From the NCBI GenBank assembly GCA_963806225.1, contig CAWDXG010000004.1:3456001-3520000 (forward strand): a stretch of 64,000 nucleotides of DNA, read 5' to 3'. The notes under the pieces are model-generated. The model did no database searches. It had not been told where the DNA came from and saw nothing but the letters and a program-made list of their open reading frames with translations. The position numbers and the translations under genes are program-made. Each line of letters starts with the position of its first letter. The stretch's first letter is position 1. Shown in pieces: positions 48,413 through 58,191 of this stretch. The DNA is from an uncultured delta proteobacterium. GTDB lineage: Bacteria > Myxococcota_A > Polyangia > Polyangiales > Polyangiaceae.

Positions 48413-49813
48413 CTACTCCTTGGCCACCTTGGTCTCGAGGATCTGGACGGCCTTCTTGAACACGGGCTGGTCGGGGTGCGCGGCGGCCAGCGCCCGGTAT
48501 TTCTTTAGCGCTTCCTTGTAGTTACCCGCCGCGACCGCATCCACTGCCAGGCGTTCCGGGCTCTTGCCTTCGTGTGAGCCGGCTTTCTGGGGCTTGCCCG
48601 GCGACGGTGGGGGCGCGGTGGAGGCAGACGCGGTGGGCGCGACCGCAGACGGCGCCGACGAGGAGCGCGGCTTGGCGGGAGCAGCGCTGGGCGACGTTGA
48701 TGCCATAGCCGCGACCGACTTGGCCGAAGCAGCACTCGGCGACGGCCCTGTCGCCGAATTCTGCTCGGGTTGCCCGCCCATCAGGCTGAACGTCGCAATG
48801 AACACGAGCGGAAGCAGCACCAGGGCGACCTTCTGCGGGACCGATGCTTCCCGCCATGCTTTCAGGCCCTGGGCCTTGAGCTTCTGCAGGGTCTCCCCGG
48901 CACCGCCGGGCTGGGTCTGCTTTCCGCCGGGCCCGGGTGCGGCACCGAGGGGCTGCCCGTGCTGTACGACGAAACCCGGCGGCATCGGCGCGCCCGGCGG
49001 CATCGGTGCGCCCGGCGGCATCGGCGCGCCCGGCGGCATCGGCGCGCCGGCAAGCATGGGAGTGCCCGCAGCGGGAGGAACGAAGGGCGCTCGACGAGTG
49101 GTCGGCTCCTGGCTGCTGGAAGCGAGGGATGGGTGTGCGGGCGACGCGCCGCCGGGCGCAGGCTGTCCGGCGGCCGGTACGGGCTGAGCAGGCACCCGCG
49201 CCTGTACGGGAGCGTAGCGGGTCCGCTCGCTTTCCGGCGGGGGCTCCGCAGCCGGAGGCTGGGGCCGCGCTGCGCCCTGCCGCTGCAGAAGCTGGTCGGG
49301 TCGCTGCACGACGGTCGCCTCGGAGTCGGGCGGGCTTTCCGGCGCGGCGGCGGGGGCACTGCCCGCCGCTGGCCCAGGAGACAACACCGCGCCCTTGGGC
49401 CTCCGCCGGACCGAGGTCGGCACCGGCTGGAAGTGGGTCTTCTCGTCTTCCTCGGGGACGGCCACCTCGGCATGGGGCGTGGGAGCTTCCTGCCCCGCAC
49501 GATGCGAGCTCGGTCCACGCAGGGCGAGCTTCGCGCCGCCGATGTGGATGTTCATGGGAACGTCGACGGGCTCCCAGTCGGCTCCGACGCTGCGCCCCGC
49601 CATGGTCACCGGCGCTCCCTCCACACTGGCAACGAACAGGGTCGTCCCGTCGAAATAGAGATAGGCGTGCACGTCGGCGACGCCGTCAGCCCTGACCACC
49701 CAGGAGGCAGCCGCGCCTACGCTGAACGGCTGCACGGGAGTTCCTGGTGTAAGGTCGACGCGCTGCCGTTCTGATTCCCCGGCCCGGACCTCGATACGCA
49801 GATTAGTGCTCAC
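48413..49813 (-). CDS. Tad-associated bitopic membrane protein: degenerate FHA-like domain, Pro-rich linker, TM helix, short C-terminal helical domain
   Basis: FSVGAAASWVVRADGVADVHAYL beta-rich N-terminus; TM VALVLLPLVFIATFSL; start overlaps the stop of the upstream ATPase. Confidence 0.65.
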   Translation of the reverse strand: MSTNLRIEVRAGESERQRVDLTPGTPVQPFSVGAAASWVVRADGVADVHAYLYFDGTTLFVASVEGAPVTMAGRSVGADWEPVDVPMNIHIGGAKLALRGPSSHRAGQEAPTPHAEVAVPEEDEKTHFQPVPTSVRRRPKGAVLSPGPAAGSAPAAAPESPPDSEATVVQRPDQLLQRQGAARPQPPAAEPPPESERTRYAPVQARVPAQPVPAAGQPAPGGASPAHPSLASSSQEPTTRRAPFVPPAAGTPMLAGAPMPPGAPMPPGAPMPPGAPMPPGFVVQHGQPLGAAPGPGGKQTQPGGAGETLQKLKAQGLKAWREASVPQKVALVLLPLVFIATFSLMGGQPEQNSATGPSPSAASAKSVAAMASTSPSAAPAKPRSSSAPSAVAPTASASTAPPPSPGKPQKAGSHEGKSPERLAVDAVAAGNYKEALKKYRALAAAHPDQPVFKKAVQILETKVAKE

Positions 49814-50942
49814 GTTCGCGCTCGTACGCCTCGCGCCGCTCGGCTGCCTCGTACACGGCGCGAGGCAGCTCGACTCCGTGCTCGCGAAGTTGCTCCATGC
49901 ACTCGGGAAGTATACCCGTAGGCGCCAGATCGCTCACGATCTCGCCGCCGGGCCCCATCCCCTGGTAATTCCGCACGAAGATGTCCTGCAGCCGGTAGCG
50001 GCTGGCCTCGAGGTCGAAGCCCAGCACCTCGGTGATGTGGGTAATCTTGCGCGAGCCGTCCTGCAGGCGGGACACCTGGACGACAAGGTTCACTCCCGAA
50101 CCGATCTGCGAGCGCATGGCCACGAGCGGCATCTCGATATCGCTCATCATGCACATGGTTTCGAGACGCGTCAGCGTGTCTCGGGGATAGGTAGCGTGCA
50201 GGGTTCCCATACAGCCGCCATGACCGCTGGTCATCGCCTGGACGATGTCGAGCGCCTCGCCCCCGCGGATCTCGCCTATCACCAGGCGATCGGGTCGCAT
50301 GCGCAGCGTCGCCCTGAACAGATCGCGGATGCTCACGCCACCCTTGCCACGCGGATCCGGCGGGCGCGCTTCCATCTGGACCACGTGCTGCCGCTGCAGC
50401 TGGACCTCCTGCGAGTCCTCGATGACCACCACCCGCTCGCCTTCGGGCACATAGGAGGACAGCGCGTTGAGCATGGACGTCTTACCGCTGCCCGTCCCGC
50501 CGGCGATGATGATGTTCAACTTCGCCACGACGAAGGCCTGCAGCGCCGCCGCTGCGTCCTCGGTGAGCGCTCCGAAGCCCATCAAGCGCTCGACGGTCAG
50601 GGTTTCCTTGAAGAAGCGGCGGATCGAGATGTAGGGGCCGTCGGGAGCCGCCGGCGGCAGCACGGCCTGGACGCGCGAGCCGTCGGGTAGCCGCGCTTCG
50701 AGAATGGGGCGTTCCTCGTCGGCGAACTTGCCGACGAACTGCGCCACATTGCGCAGGACGGAGATGAGTGCGTCGCGGCCTTCGAACTTCGCGTCCGTCA
50801 GCTCCAGACGGCCGCCCTTCTCGATGAAGACCTGCGACGGCCCGTTGATCATGATCTCGCTCACCTTCGGATCGTCCAGAAACGGACGGATGGGAGCGAA
50901 GAACTGGAGGAGTGTCTCCTCGTAGACCTCACGCGGGATCAC
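49803..50942 (-). CDS. tadA: CpaF/TadA-family pilus ATPase (copy 2, no FHA)
   Basis: [47 protein letters not shown] and TLHA. Confidence 0.95.
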   Translation of the reverse strand: MIPREVYEETLLQFFAPIRPFLDDPKVSEIMINGPSQVFIEKGGRLELTDAKFEGRDALISVLRNVAQFVGKFADEERPILEARLPDGSRVQAVLPPAAPDGPYISIRRFFKETLTVERLMGFGALTEDAAAALQAFVVAKLNIIIAGGTGSGKTSMLNALSSYVPEGERVVVIEDSQEVQLQRQHVVQMEARPPDPRGKGGVSIRDLFRATLRMRPDRLVIGEIRGGEALDIVQAMTSGHGGCMGTLHATYPRDTLTRLETMCMMSDIEMPLVAMRSQIGSGVNLVVQVSRLQDGSRKITHITEVLGFDLEASRYRLQDIFVRNYQGMGPGGEIVSDLAPTGILPECMEQLREHGVELPRAVYEAAERREAYEREREH

Positions 50943-51514
50943 GGTACCCTCTTGAGCAGCGACGCGCGGGCTTCCTCGGCGTGCGGCCCCTTCGGAGCCA
51001 GCTTGAGGTACTGCCTGAAATGGTAGTCCGCCTTGACCCAGTCCTGGTCCGAATCGCGGAGCAGCACCGCCAGGGAGTAGTGGGCCTGCGCGTGTTTCGG
51101 GTTGGTGACGAGCACCTGCTGGTACTCGTCGCGGGCCTTGCCGGTTTCGCCGATTGCTGCGTAGAGCGTGCCGACGAGATAGCGCAATCTGTAGTCCAGC
51201 GGGTTCTTCTGGAGGTAGTTGTTCCCGACATCGATCGCCACGCGATACCGCTGACTGCTCACGTAGGTCTGCAGGAGCAGCGGCAGCACCGTCTTCGAGT
51301 CGGCCCCGTTGTCGAGAGCGGCCGAGAAGTACTGCGCGGCGCGGTTGTAGTCGCCCATCTCGGCGAACAGCTTGCCGCGCTCGACGAGCTTGTCGGGCTT
51401 CTGGTCGCGGCGCACGGTCCTCTGCGCGGCTTCGAAGCGCTGGGCCGGCGTCTGCACGCAGCAGGGCAGCGCTGGAATCAGCACGAAGGCGGCGAGCCGG
51501 ACCGCACGTCTCAT
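50939..51514 (-). CDS. TPR lipoprotein, TadD/pilotin-like
   Basis: Leader ending LPCC; TPRs (NPKHAQAHYSLA; YLKLAPKGPHAEE). Confidence 0.7.
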   Translation of the reverse strand: MRRAVRLAAFVLIPALPCCVQTPAQRFEAAQRTVRRDQKPDKLVERGKLFAEMGDYNRAAQYFSAALDNGADSKTVLPLLLQTYVSSQRYRVAIDVGNNYLQKNPLDYRLRYLVGTLYAAIGETGKARDEYQQVLVTNPKHAQAHYSLAVLLRDSDQDWVKADYHFRQYLKLAPKGPHAEEARASLLKRVP

Positions 51515-52380
51515 TGCTTGTTCCCGAGCTTGAGACGCAGCTTGCGGTCCAGGTTCGAGAGCCACGTCACGTAGGCATTCTGCTGCCCATCGGTAAAGGC
51601 GAGCAGGACGCGCACTTCTTCCTGCACCGTCGGCCAGTCCTGGATGCTCAAGGCATGCTCGAGCCGCACCCGGTGCGTGCGATAGTCGTTCGAGATCTCC
51701 TGCTTCAGTTTGCTGGCCAGCTTGCCGTAGGCATCGGCGACCTGCGGCTTGTTTGCCACACGGAAACAGGCCGAGGCTTCTTCGTAGAGCGAAACAGCCT
51801 TCACGCCGTCCTGCACATGGAAGGGGCGCCGTTCGTTCTTGGCGTCGGCCAGCACCGCCCGGTCGCGCGCCAGCGACAGCGCCTGTTCGGGCGACGACTG
51901 CGGACAGTGCGGCGCGCTCTTGCTCCACAGCGCGGTCGCCTGGACAGGCTTGACCTGCTGGTTTCCGCCGCCGTTGTCGGTGAACAGCATGTACAGCGCG
52001 ACGGGGAAGAACACCGCCGCCATGATGTAGATGATCGGGCTGGACTTTTCCTGCTTCTTCTTGACGACGTTCGCGCCTTCGCCGAGCTCGGCAGCAGCCA
52101 CCCAGATCCGCGTCTGTCCGACGCCCAGCACGGAGTCGGGGGCGACCTGTGTGCGCGTGAACGGGGACTCGTTGATGGTGGGCGCGGGCTGGAAGCTGCG
52201 CGCCTCGGCGACGAGCCCGACCGGCGCCGCCTCGATCATGATGTTCTCGACGGCAGCCTGATCGAGCGGCAAGCGGATGTCGCAGTGCCCGCCACTACCG
52301 ACCAGCGCGCGGTCGCCCTCGACGGACATCTCGACCACGCGACCGTCGGCATGCTGGATCCGGAACTTCAGCCCTTGCAT
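51511..52380 (-). CDS. Tad-associated protein: degenerate FHA-like domain, TM helix, periplasmic helical domain
   Basis: RALVGSGGHCDIRL...TINESP...LGVGQTRIWV; TM IIYIMAAVFFPVALYML. Confidence 0.65.
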   Translation of the reverse strand: MQGLKFRIQHADGRVVEMSVEGDRALVGSGGHCDIRLPLDQAAVENIMIEAAPVGLVAEARSFQPAPTINESPFTRTQVAPDSVLGVGQTRIWVAAAELGEGANVVKKKQEKSSPIIYIMAAVFFPVALYMLFTDNGGGNQQVKPVQATALWSKSAPHCPQSSPEQALSLARDRAVLADAKNERRPFHVQDGVKAVSLYEEASACFRVANKPQVADAYGKLASKLKQEISNDYRTHRVRLEHALSIQDWPTVQEEVRVLLAFTDGQQNAYVTWLSNLDRKLRLKLGNKQ

Positions 52381-52387
52381 CGAATTG

Positions 52388-53293
52388 CTAGCCTAGAACT
52401 TTCGAGATGCTCAGCATGATCGGACCCATGATGAGCAGCATGATACAGAAAAATAGCAGGAAAAGCGGCCCTACCATGGCCACGCCCGCCTTGGCGGCGG
52501 CCTCTTCTGCTTTGGTGGATCGACGCATGCGGGAAACGCCCGCCTGGATCTGCAGCACCTCGGCCACGGGATTGCCGCGCTCTTCGGCCTGGACCACGGC
52601 GTTGACGAACTCGCCCACCGATTCGGTCGGAACCCGCTCGGCGAATGCCATCAACACGTTCCGGCGCGTCTTGCCGAGCCCGAGCTCCTGCAGCATGCGC
52701 CCGAACTCCTCGACCAGCGCGTCGTCGGGGTCGCTCGACTTCTCTACGACCTGACGCATCGCTCCGGGGAAGTCCTGACCAGCGCTCATCGACAGAGCCA
52801 GGAGATCTATCGCGTAGGGTAGCCCGCGATTGATCTGCTTGAAGCGACGATCGACCTCGCTGGCGACCGTCAAGTAGGGCAGAGCCGCACCGATCGGTCC
52901 GACGATGAGGACCATGATGACCCCCGTGCCCGTGAGCTTGCCCGCGACCGCACCGAAGACGAGGCCGCCAGCAAACGAGAGCAAGCTGAGCGCCACGTAC
53001 TCGTCCGGCGTGAGCCCCAGGTAGTCACCGGCCAGCTCGAGCTGCCGCGAGGCCCGCGCGCGGAAATTTTCGCTCAGAACGCCGCTGACGCGCACCCCCA
53101 GCCACCGCACCAGCGGCTCGATCTGCTGCCAGGCCGGGTTGTTCTCGAACGCTCTCTGCCGCTTGAGCCCGCGCATACCGAGGCGACTCGCGACACGCGT
53201 GGGAGCGCTCGCCATGGCATACACCACCTCGAGAATGGCGATGCTGATGGCGCCGACGAAAGCGTAGCGGAAGGCCTCGTAGCCCACCGTCAT
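52388..53293 (-). CDS. tadC: Tad platform protein TadC (T2SSF domain)
   Basis: LPYAIDLLALSMSAG, QAEERGNPVAEVLQIQA and AEEAAAKA. Confidence 0.9.
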   Translation of the reverse strand: MTVGYEAFRYAFVGAISIAILEVVYAMASAPTRVASRLGMRGLKRQRAFENNPAWQQIEPLVRWLGVRVSGVLSENFRARASRQLELAGDYLGLTPDEYVALSLLSFAGGLVFGAVAGKLTGTGVIMVLIVGPIGAALPYLTVASEVDRRFKQINRGLPYAIDLLALSMSAGQDFPGAMRQVVEKSSDPDDALVEEFGRMLQELGLGKTRRNVLMAFAERVPTESVGEFVNAVVQAEERGNPVAEVLQIQAGVSRMRRSTKAEEAAAKAGVAMVGPLFLLFFCIMLLIMGPIMLSISKVLG

Positions 53294-54150
53294 AGGTCCA
53301 CCGAAAGAACCTTCCGGGCCAGGAGTATCGAGGCCACCCAGCAGCCTCCCGCGACCAGCGCGATGACCCAACCGATGACCGACTCGTTCAACGGGTCGAA
53401 GTAGCCCGGCTTGATCGAGTTGACGGCCCACGCGAGCAGGAAGGGGAATACCGCAAGCACCCACGCCTGGGCCCGCCCTTCTGCCGTCTTGGACTTCACC
53501 ACGCCTTCGAGGCGGGCCATTTCTCTGAGCGTGGACGACGTCGTCTCGAGGATGTGCGGCAGATCGCCACCCACCTGGCGGCCGATCAACACCGCCGAGA
53601 GTGCGGAGTCGAGCTGCTTGCAGCCGACGCGCCCGGCCATGTTCAGGAGCGCCTGGTCGAGCGTGCTGCCGACGCGCATCTCTTTCGTGGCGAGGCCCAC
53701 TTCCTCTTTCAGCGGCGAAGGCAGGAGCTGCTGGACCGAGATGAACGCGTTGGCGATGCTGGGCGTGGCCTTGAGCGCGTTGGCGAGCGCGGTCAGAAAG
53801 CCGTCGAGCTGCTGCTCGATCGCCTCCACCCGCTGCTTGCGCCGGCGCTCGATGTACCAGGGCGGGATGGCGATAACGAAGAGCAGGCACAACCACCACA
53901 TGGGCAGATCAACGGTAATCGTCGCCGCCAGCACCAGGAACACGCCGGCGAGCTGGCCCAACGCGATGTTCCGCCCCGGCATGAAGATGAACATCGAGCG
54001 CAACTTGCTCTCGAGCCGGTGGCAGTACCGGGTCCAGTAGCGCATGACCAGGCTCTGCGGCGAAGAGACCACCGAGAACGAGAGCACGAACAGCGCGAGC
54101 GCCGCGACGCCGAGGCCCCCCCACTTCATCATCGTCTCGTTGATCGCCAT
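53290..54150 (-). CDS. tadB: Tad platform protein TadB (T2SSF domain)
   Basis: QLDGFLTALANALKA, QVGGDLPHILE and KTAEGRAQA. Confidence 0.9.
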   Translation of the reverse strand: MAINETMMKWGGLGVAALALFVLSFSVVSSPQSLVMRYWTRYCHRLESKLRSMFIFMPGRNIALGQLAGVFLVLAATITVDLPMWWLCLLFVIAIPPWYIERRRKQRVEAIEQQLDGFLTALANALKATPSIANAFISVQQLLPSPLKEEVGLATKEMRVGSTLDQALLNMAGRVGCKQLDSALSAVLIGRQVGGDLPHILETTSSTLREMARLEGVVKSKTAEGRAQAWVLAVFPFLLAWAVNSIKPGYFDPLNESVIGWVIALVAGGCWVASILLARKVLSVDL

Positions 54151-54158
54151 CCCCGCTC

Positions 54159-56003
54159 CTACATGTACGCTTCGCCCCGCCGCACGAGCCCCATCACGAT
54201 GAAATCGTTCAGGAACGACGGCAGATAGCCGGTAGCGCGGAACGAACCGAGCACCTCGCCCTTCGGACCCGTGCCGGTGCGCACGAACTCGAACAGCGGC
54301 AATAGCTCGATCTGTCCCTCTTCGTCGATGCCGACCACCTCGCTCACGGCGGTCACGCGCCGGGTACCGTCGGCGAACCTGGACTGCTGCACGATGAGGT
54401 GCACGCTCGCCGCTATCTGCTCGCGGATGGCACGCGAAGGCAGGTCCACCCCGGCCATCAGCGCCAGGGTCTCGAGTCGCGCGAGCGCTTCTTCGGGCGA
54501 GTTCGCGTGGGTGGTCGTCAAGGAACCGTCGTGGCCCGTGTTCATGGCCTGCAGCATGTCGAGCGCCTCGCCGCCGCGGCACTCGCCGACCACGATGCGA
54601 TCGGGCCGCATGCGCATCGCGTTCTTCAACAGGTCGCGGATGCTGTATTCGCCTTTGCCTTCCATGTTCGCGGGCCGCGTCTCGAGCGACACCACGTGAG
54701 GCTGCCCGAGCTGCAGCTCCGCCGCGTCCTCGATCGTGACGATGCGCTCGTCCGGCGGAATCGAGTTGGACAGCACGTTCAGGAGCGTCGTCTTTCCGCT
54801 GCCGGTGCCCCCCGAGATGATGATGTTCTTCTTGGCCACGACGGCACGGCTCAGGAAACGCCCCATGCTCTCGTTGATCGAGCCGTACTTGTAGAGCAGT
54901 TCGAGCGTCAGAGGCGTCTTGGCGAACTTGCGGATCGTGATGCACGAGCCCCGGAGGGCGATCGGGCGGATCACGGCGTTGACGCGGGAGCCGTCTTTCA
55001 GGCGCGCGTCGACGAGCGGCGAGGACTCATCGATGCGGCGACCGAGCGGCGTGACGATGCGCTCGATCACCGCTCGCACCCTCTCGTCGTCGGTGAATTT
55101 CGCGTCGGTGAGGATGATCCTGCCGTTCTGTTCGACGTAGATGGTGTCCGCGTCGATGACCATGATCTCCGACACGGTCTCGTCGGCGATGAAGCGCTCG
55201 AGCGGACCGAGCCCCAGCGCCTCGTCGGCCAGCTCGCCCACCAACCGGGCGCGGTCGACGCTCGGTGGAATGCGCGGGCCGAGCAGATCGATGATCCGGC
55301 GCAGCGCGGCCAGCACCTTCGGCCGCATCGACGGGTCGTCGAAGTTGTCCGGGTTCATCGTGGCGAGATCGAGGTGCTCGAGCAGCAGCCGGTGGATCTC
55401 GCGGCGCAGCTCGATGTCCGCCTTGCGCTGCTCGTCGGTCGGCGAGGTGCGGGCGGCCGGCTTCGGCTTGGGCGCCTCTGCCGGGGCTGCGGTCGGCGGC
55501 GCGGCATGGGCAGGCCCCCCAGGAGGCGGCCGCGGGGGCGAATAGCCGGGCGGCGCGTGGGGCGGCGCATAGACCGCCTGACCCTGTTGTTGCACTCTCG
55601 GCCGGGCGGGTGAGTCGCCGCCCTGGGGCGCCGCCGGCGGAGGTCGCACCGAGCGGTGCTGGGGCGCGGGCAAGGGTGCGGGCTCGGGCAGACGCGCGGC
55701 GCCCACTGGTTGTATGTGCAGGGTGAAGTTGCCCACCACCACCGGCGTTCCGAACGGAACGTCGAGCGCGTTCTTCCTGAGCAGCTGTCCGCCGGCCAGC
55801 GTGCCGTTGGTGGAGCGGTCCTCGATACGCATGGACGCCGCCCCGACCTGGACGACAGCGTGATGCCGTGACACGAGGTCGCTCTCGAGACGCAATACAC
55901 TCGCTGCGTCGCGCCCGATGGTCACCGGGCCATTGGCCGTGAGCCGCTCTGCGCGCCGCCCGCCGTCATCCGATTCGATAACGATGTCGAGGTCCAGGCT
56001 CAA
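54159..56003 (-). CDS. tadA: FHA-domain-fused CpaF/TadA pilus ATPase
   Basis: N-term TIGRD...VSRHHA...STNGT FHA; Pro-rich linker; [30 protein letters not shown] and TTHAN. Confidence 0.95.
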   Translation of the reverse strand: MSLDLDIVIESDDGGRRAERLTANGPVTIGRDAASVLRLESDLVSRHHAVVQVGAASMRIEDRSTNGTLAGGQLLRKNALDVPFGTPVVVGNFTLHIQPVGAARLPEPAPLPAPQHRSVRPPPAAPQGGDSPARPRVQQQGQAVYAPPHAPPGYSPPRPPPGGPAHAAPPTAAPAEAPKPKPAARTSPTDEQRKADIELRREIHRLLLEHLDLATMNPDNFDDPSMRPKVLAALRRIIDLLGPRIPPSVDRARLVGELADEALGLGPLERFIADETVSEIMVIDADTIYVEQNGRIILTDAKFTDDERVRAVIERIVTPLGRRIDESSPLVDARLKDGSRVNAVIRPIALRGSCITIRKFAKTPLTLELLYKYGSINESMGRFLSRAVVAKKNIIISGGTGSGKTTLLNVLSNSIPPDERIVTIEDAAELQLGQPHVVSLETRPANMEGKGEYSIRDLLKNAMRMRPDRIVVGECRGGEALDMLQAMNTGHDGSLTTTHANSPEEALARLETLALMAGVDLPSRAIREQIAASVHLIVQQSRFADGTRRVTAVSEVVGIDEEGQIELLPLFEFVRTGTGPKGEVLGSFRATGYLPSFLNDFIVMGLVRRGEAYM

Positions 56004-56013
56004 ATCCTAGCGT

Positions 56014-57342
56014 CTATCGTTGCTTGCGCCACTGGTCGGGGCGCTTGTCGTAGGCATTCACTTCATCGACGTCTCCCGAATACTCCTCGTACTGGGAGAG
56101 GGCGTTGTTCACCATCTCGATGGCTGGCTTGGGTACCGACTCGACCGCCGTAGGGATGATGAAGACGGCCCCTTCGGTGTCTTCCCCCGAGTCCTGGTGC
56201 GAGCCGAAGAATACGCCCAAAACGGGGATCTGGCTGAGAAGCGGCAGCCCCGTGATGCTGTGCCGGCGCGACTGGGTGCGGATCCCGGAAAGCACCAGCG
56301 ACTGCCCGAGCTTGAGCCGGACCAGCGTGTCCAGCTTGGACGTGTCGCGTCCGGGCAGCGGGGTGCCCGAAACAGCCGGCGTCAGATCGGCCACGTCGGC
56401 GTCGACCTGCACCTCGAGGTCGCCCGTTTTCGGGTCGAGGCGCGGCAGCACGGTCACCTTCGTGCCGAAGCTGATCTGCTGGATGCTCGCCGTCAGGCCG
56501 GCCGTGACCGGGAAGTTTTCCTCCCCGCCGTTCTCGAACGTGGCCTTCGTGCCGTTGACCGTGATGACGGTGGATTGCTTGAGCACCTTGGCCCAACCCT
56601 TGCGCTGGGCAAGGTCGAGGGCTGGAAGGGGCTGGTTGACGACGGCAGCCGTCGCTTCCGAGGTGTGCTGCACGAAATCGTACCCGAAGCGGCTCTGGAT
56701 GACCTCGCCGCCGTAGCGCCCGGGGAAGTCGATGCCCACCGCATAGCCCGAGCTCTTGTCGTACTGGACGAAGAAGAAGTCGATGCGGATGTTGATCTTG
56801 CGATCGGCCGCACCCGAGCCAGCCACGACGAGTGACTCGACCTGGCCCGGATACAGCGCGGCGATGCGCTGGATGCGTTCGGCGTCGGCCTTGCTCGCTA
56901 CCCCGCCCTCGATGAAGAAGCGCGAGCCCACGCGCCGGACGCGGACGCCGGGGGTCTCCTGAAGGAGTTGCTCTACCTCGCGCTTTACCGCATCCGGAGA
57001 ACGGGTGAAGACGTTGATCACCCACTTCTTCTGGGTACCGTCCTTGTTGATCAGGAGCAGCGACGTAGTGCCGGGCTTTCTCCCGACGATGACGAATTTA
57101 GCCCCGTCGGTGGTGAGCTTGATCTCGGCGATGCCATGCGCACCCTCGGAGTAGTTCTTCACGCCGAGCGCGCTGATGGTCTTGTTCTCACCGACGACGA
57201 GGTTCAGTTCATTGGCGCCCTTGTCGGCGGACGACGAGCTGTCGAGATCCTCAACGTCGTCGCCTGTCTTGCCCCGCGCCCAGGCGCGCGACGAGAAGAG
57301 TGCCAGCCCGATTGCGAAGAGCGCGATGCGTCGCCTTGTCAT
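56014..57342 (-). CDS. rcpA: Tad secretin RcpA/CpaC
   Basis: Signal peptide; IVGRKPGTTSL N-domain; FGTKVTVLP, LKLGQSLVLSG and LPLLSQIPVLGVFF secretin motifs. Confidence 0.9.
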   Translation of the reverse strand: MTRRRIALFAIGLALFSSRAWARGKTGDDVEDLDSSSSADKGANELNLVVGENKTISALGVKNYSEGAHGIAEIKLTTDGAKFVIVGRKPGTTSLLLINKDGTQKKWVINVFTRSPDAVKREVEQLLQETPGVRVRRVGSRFFIEGGVASKADAERIQRIAALYPGQVESLVVAGSGAADRKINIRIDFFFVQYDKSSGYAVGIDFPGRYGGEVIQSRFGYDFVQHTSEATAAVVNQPLPALDLAQRKGWAKVLKQSTVITVNGTKATFENGGEENFPVTAGLTASIQQISFGTKVTVLPRLDPKTGDLEVQVDADVADLTPAVSGTPLPGRDTSKLDTLVRLKLGQSLVLSGIRTQSRRHSITGLPLLSQIPVLGVFFGSHQDSGEDTEGAVFIIPTAVESVPKPAIEMVNNALSQYEEYSGDVDEVNAYDKRPDQWRKQR

Positions 57343-58127
57343 TCCTTGGTCTCCAGCCGCACGGGGCCCACGTGCGCTTTCTGGATCTGCTTCCGGATGT
57401 CATCTTTGGTCAGCGCAGTGGACGACATGTCGGGAATGCCCTCTACGATCCGCTGATCGTCCGGATTTCGCAAGGCCACCGTCAGCCGCCCCTTCTCGAT
57501 CGCCAGCGACAGAAGCTGCGTCTGCTGCAGGTCGACGCTCAGCGTGAGAACCATATCGCGGTTCCGGGCGCTATCGCTGCCGTTCTTGTCGACCAGGGCC
57601 TGAGGGGCGGTCTCGAGGCCCACCGCCAGGACCAGCACTCGCTGGAGCAGCACGACAGACTGCTGGGGGCCGCCGTTTTCGCCTGGCAGATTCCCGATCA
57701 CGTCGACGTAGTCCCCCGGGCGGATCATCGCGAAGCTCTTGTCGTCGCTCTGCGCGTGGATCGACACGGCCCGACTGCCCGGTTGGACCAACGAGCTCAA
57801 GTCGCGCTGCTCGTCCGAGGCAATGGCCAGGTCCGTCCAGAACAGCGTCTCCTGCGCCTGGACCTTGTTGCCGACGCGCAGGCCGACGACCTTGGCTCGC
57901 TCGGACGCGCGCACCGCGCGGTCTTCGACATAGGCGAGCGGAATGCTCTGAACAGCCAGCATATCGTCGCTGATGACCTGGCCGGACTTGATCGGCTTGA
58001 TGGCCATCAGCACGTCGACGCGCTCGCCGCCCGATGCCTCTTCTTCGAAACGCTGCAGATACAGAAGAAGCAGTACCGCGCCGAGGGCGGCCAGCACCGC
58101 CGCGATGAGGAGCGCGCGTCGGTTCAT
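57339..58127 (-). CDS. cpaB: Flp pilus assembly protein CpaB/RcpC
   Basis: N-terminal TM, SAF-like segment, PGSRAVSI, IRPGDYVDVI, VLVLAVG and LRNPDD. Confidence 0.92.
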   Translation of the reverse strand: MNRRALLIAAVLAALGAVLLLLYLQRFEEEASGGERVDVLMAIKPIKSGQVISDDMLAVQSIPLAYVEDRAVRASERAKVVGLRVGNKVQAQETLFWTDLAIASDEQRDLSSLVQPGSRAVSIHAQSDDKSFAMIRPGDYVDVIGNLPGENGGPQQSVVLLQRVLVLAVGLETAPQALVDKNGSDSARNRDMVLTLSVDLQQTQLLSLAIEKGRLTVALRNPDDQRIVEGIPDMSSTALTKDDIRKQIQKAHVGPVRLETKE

Positions 58128-58191
58128 GTGGCGGTTCTAGCATGCCCGGGCGCCCGGGCGACGCCCGGCATCAGGCAGAAGTGCGACGGGC

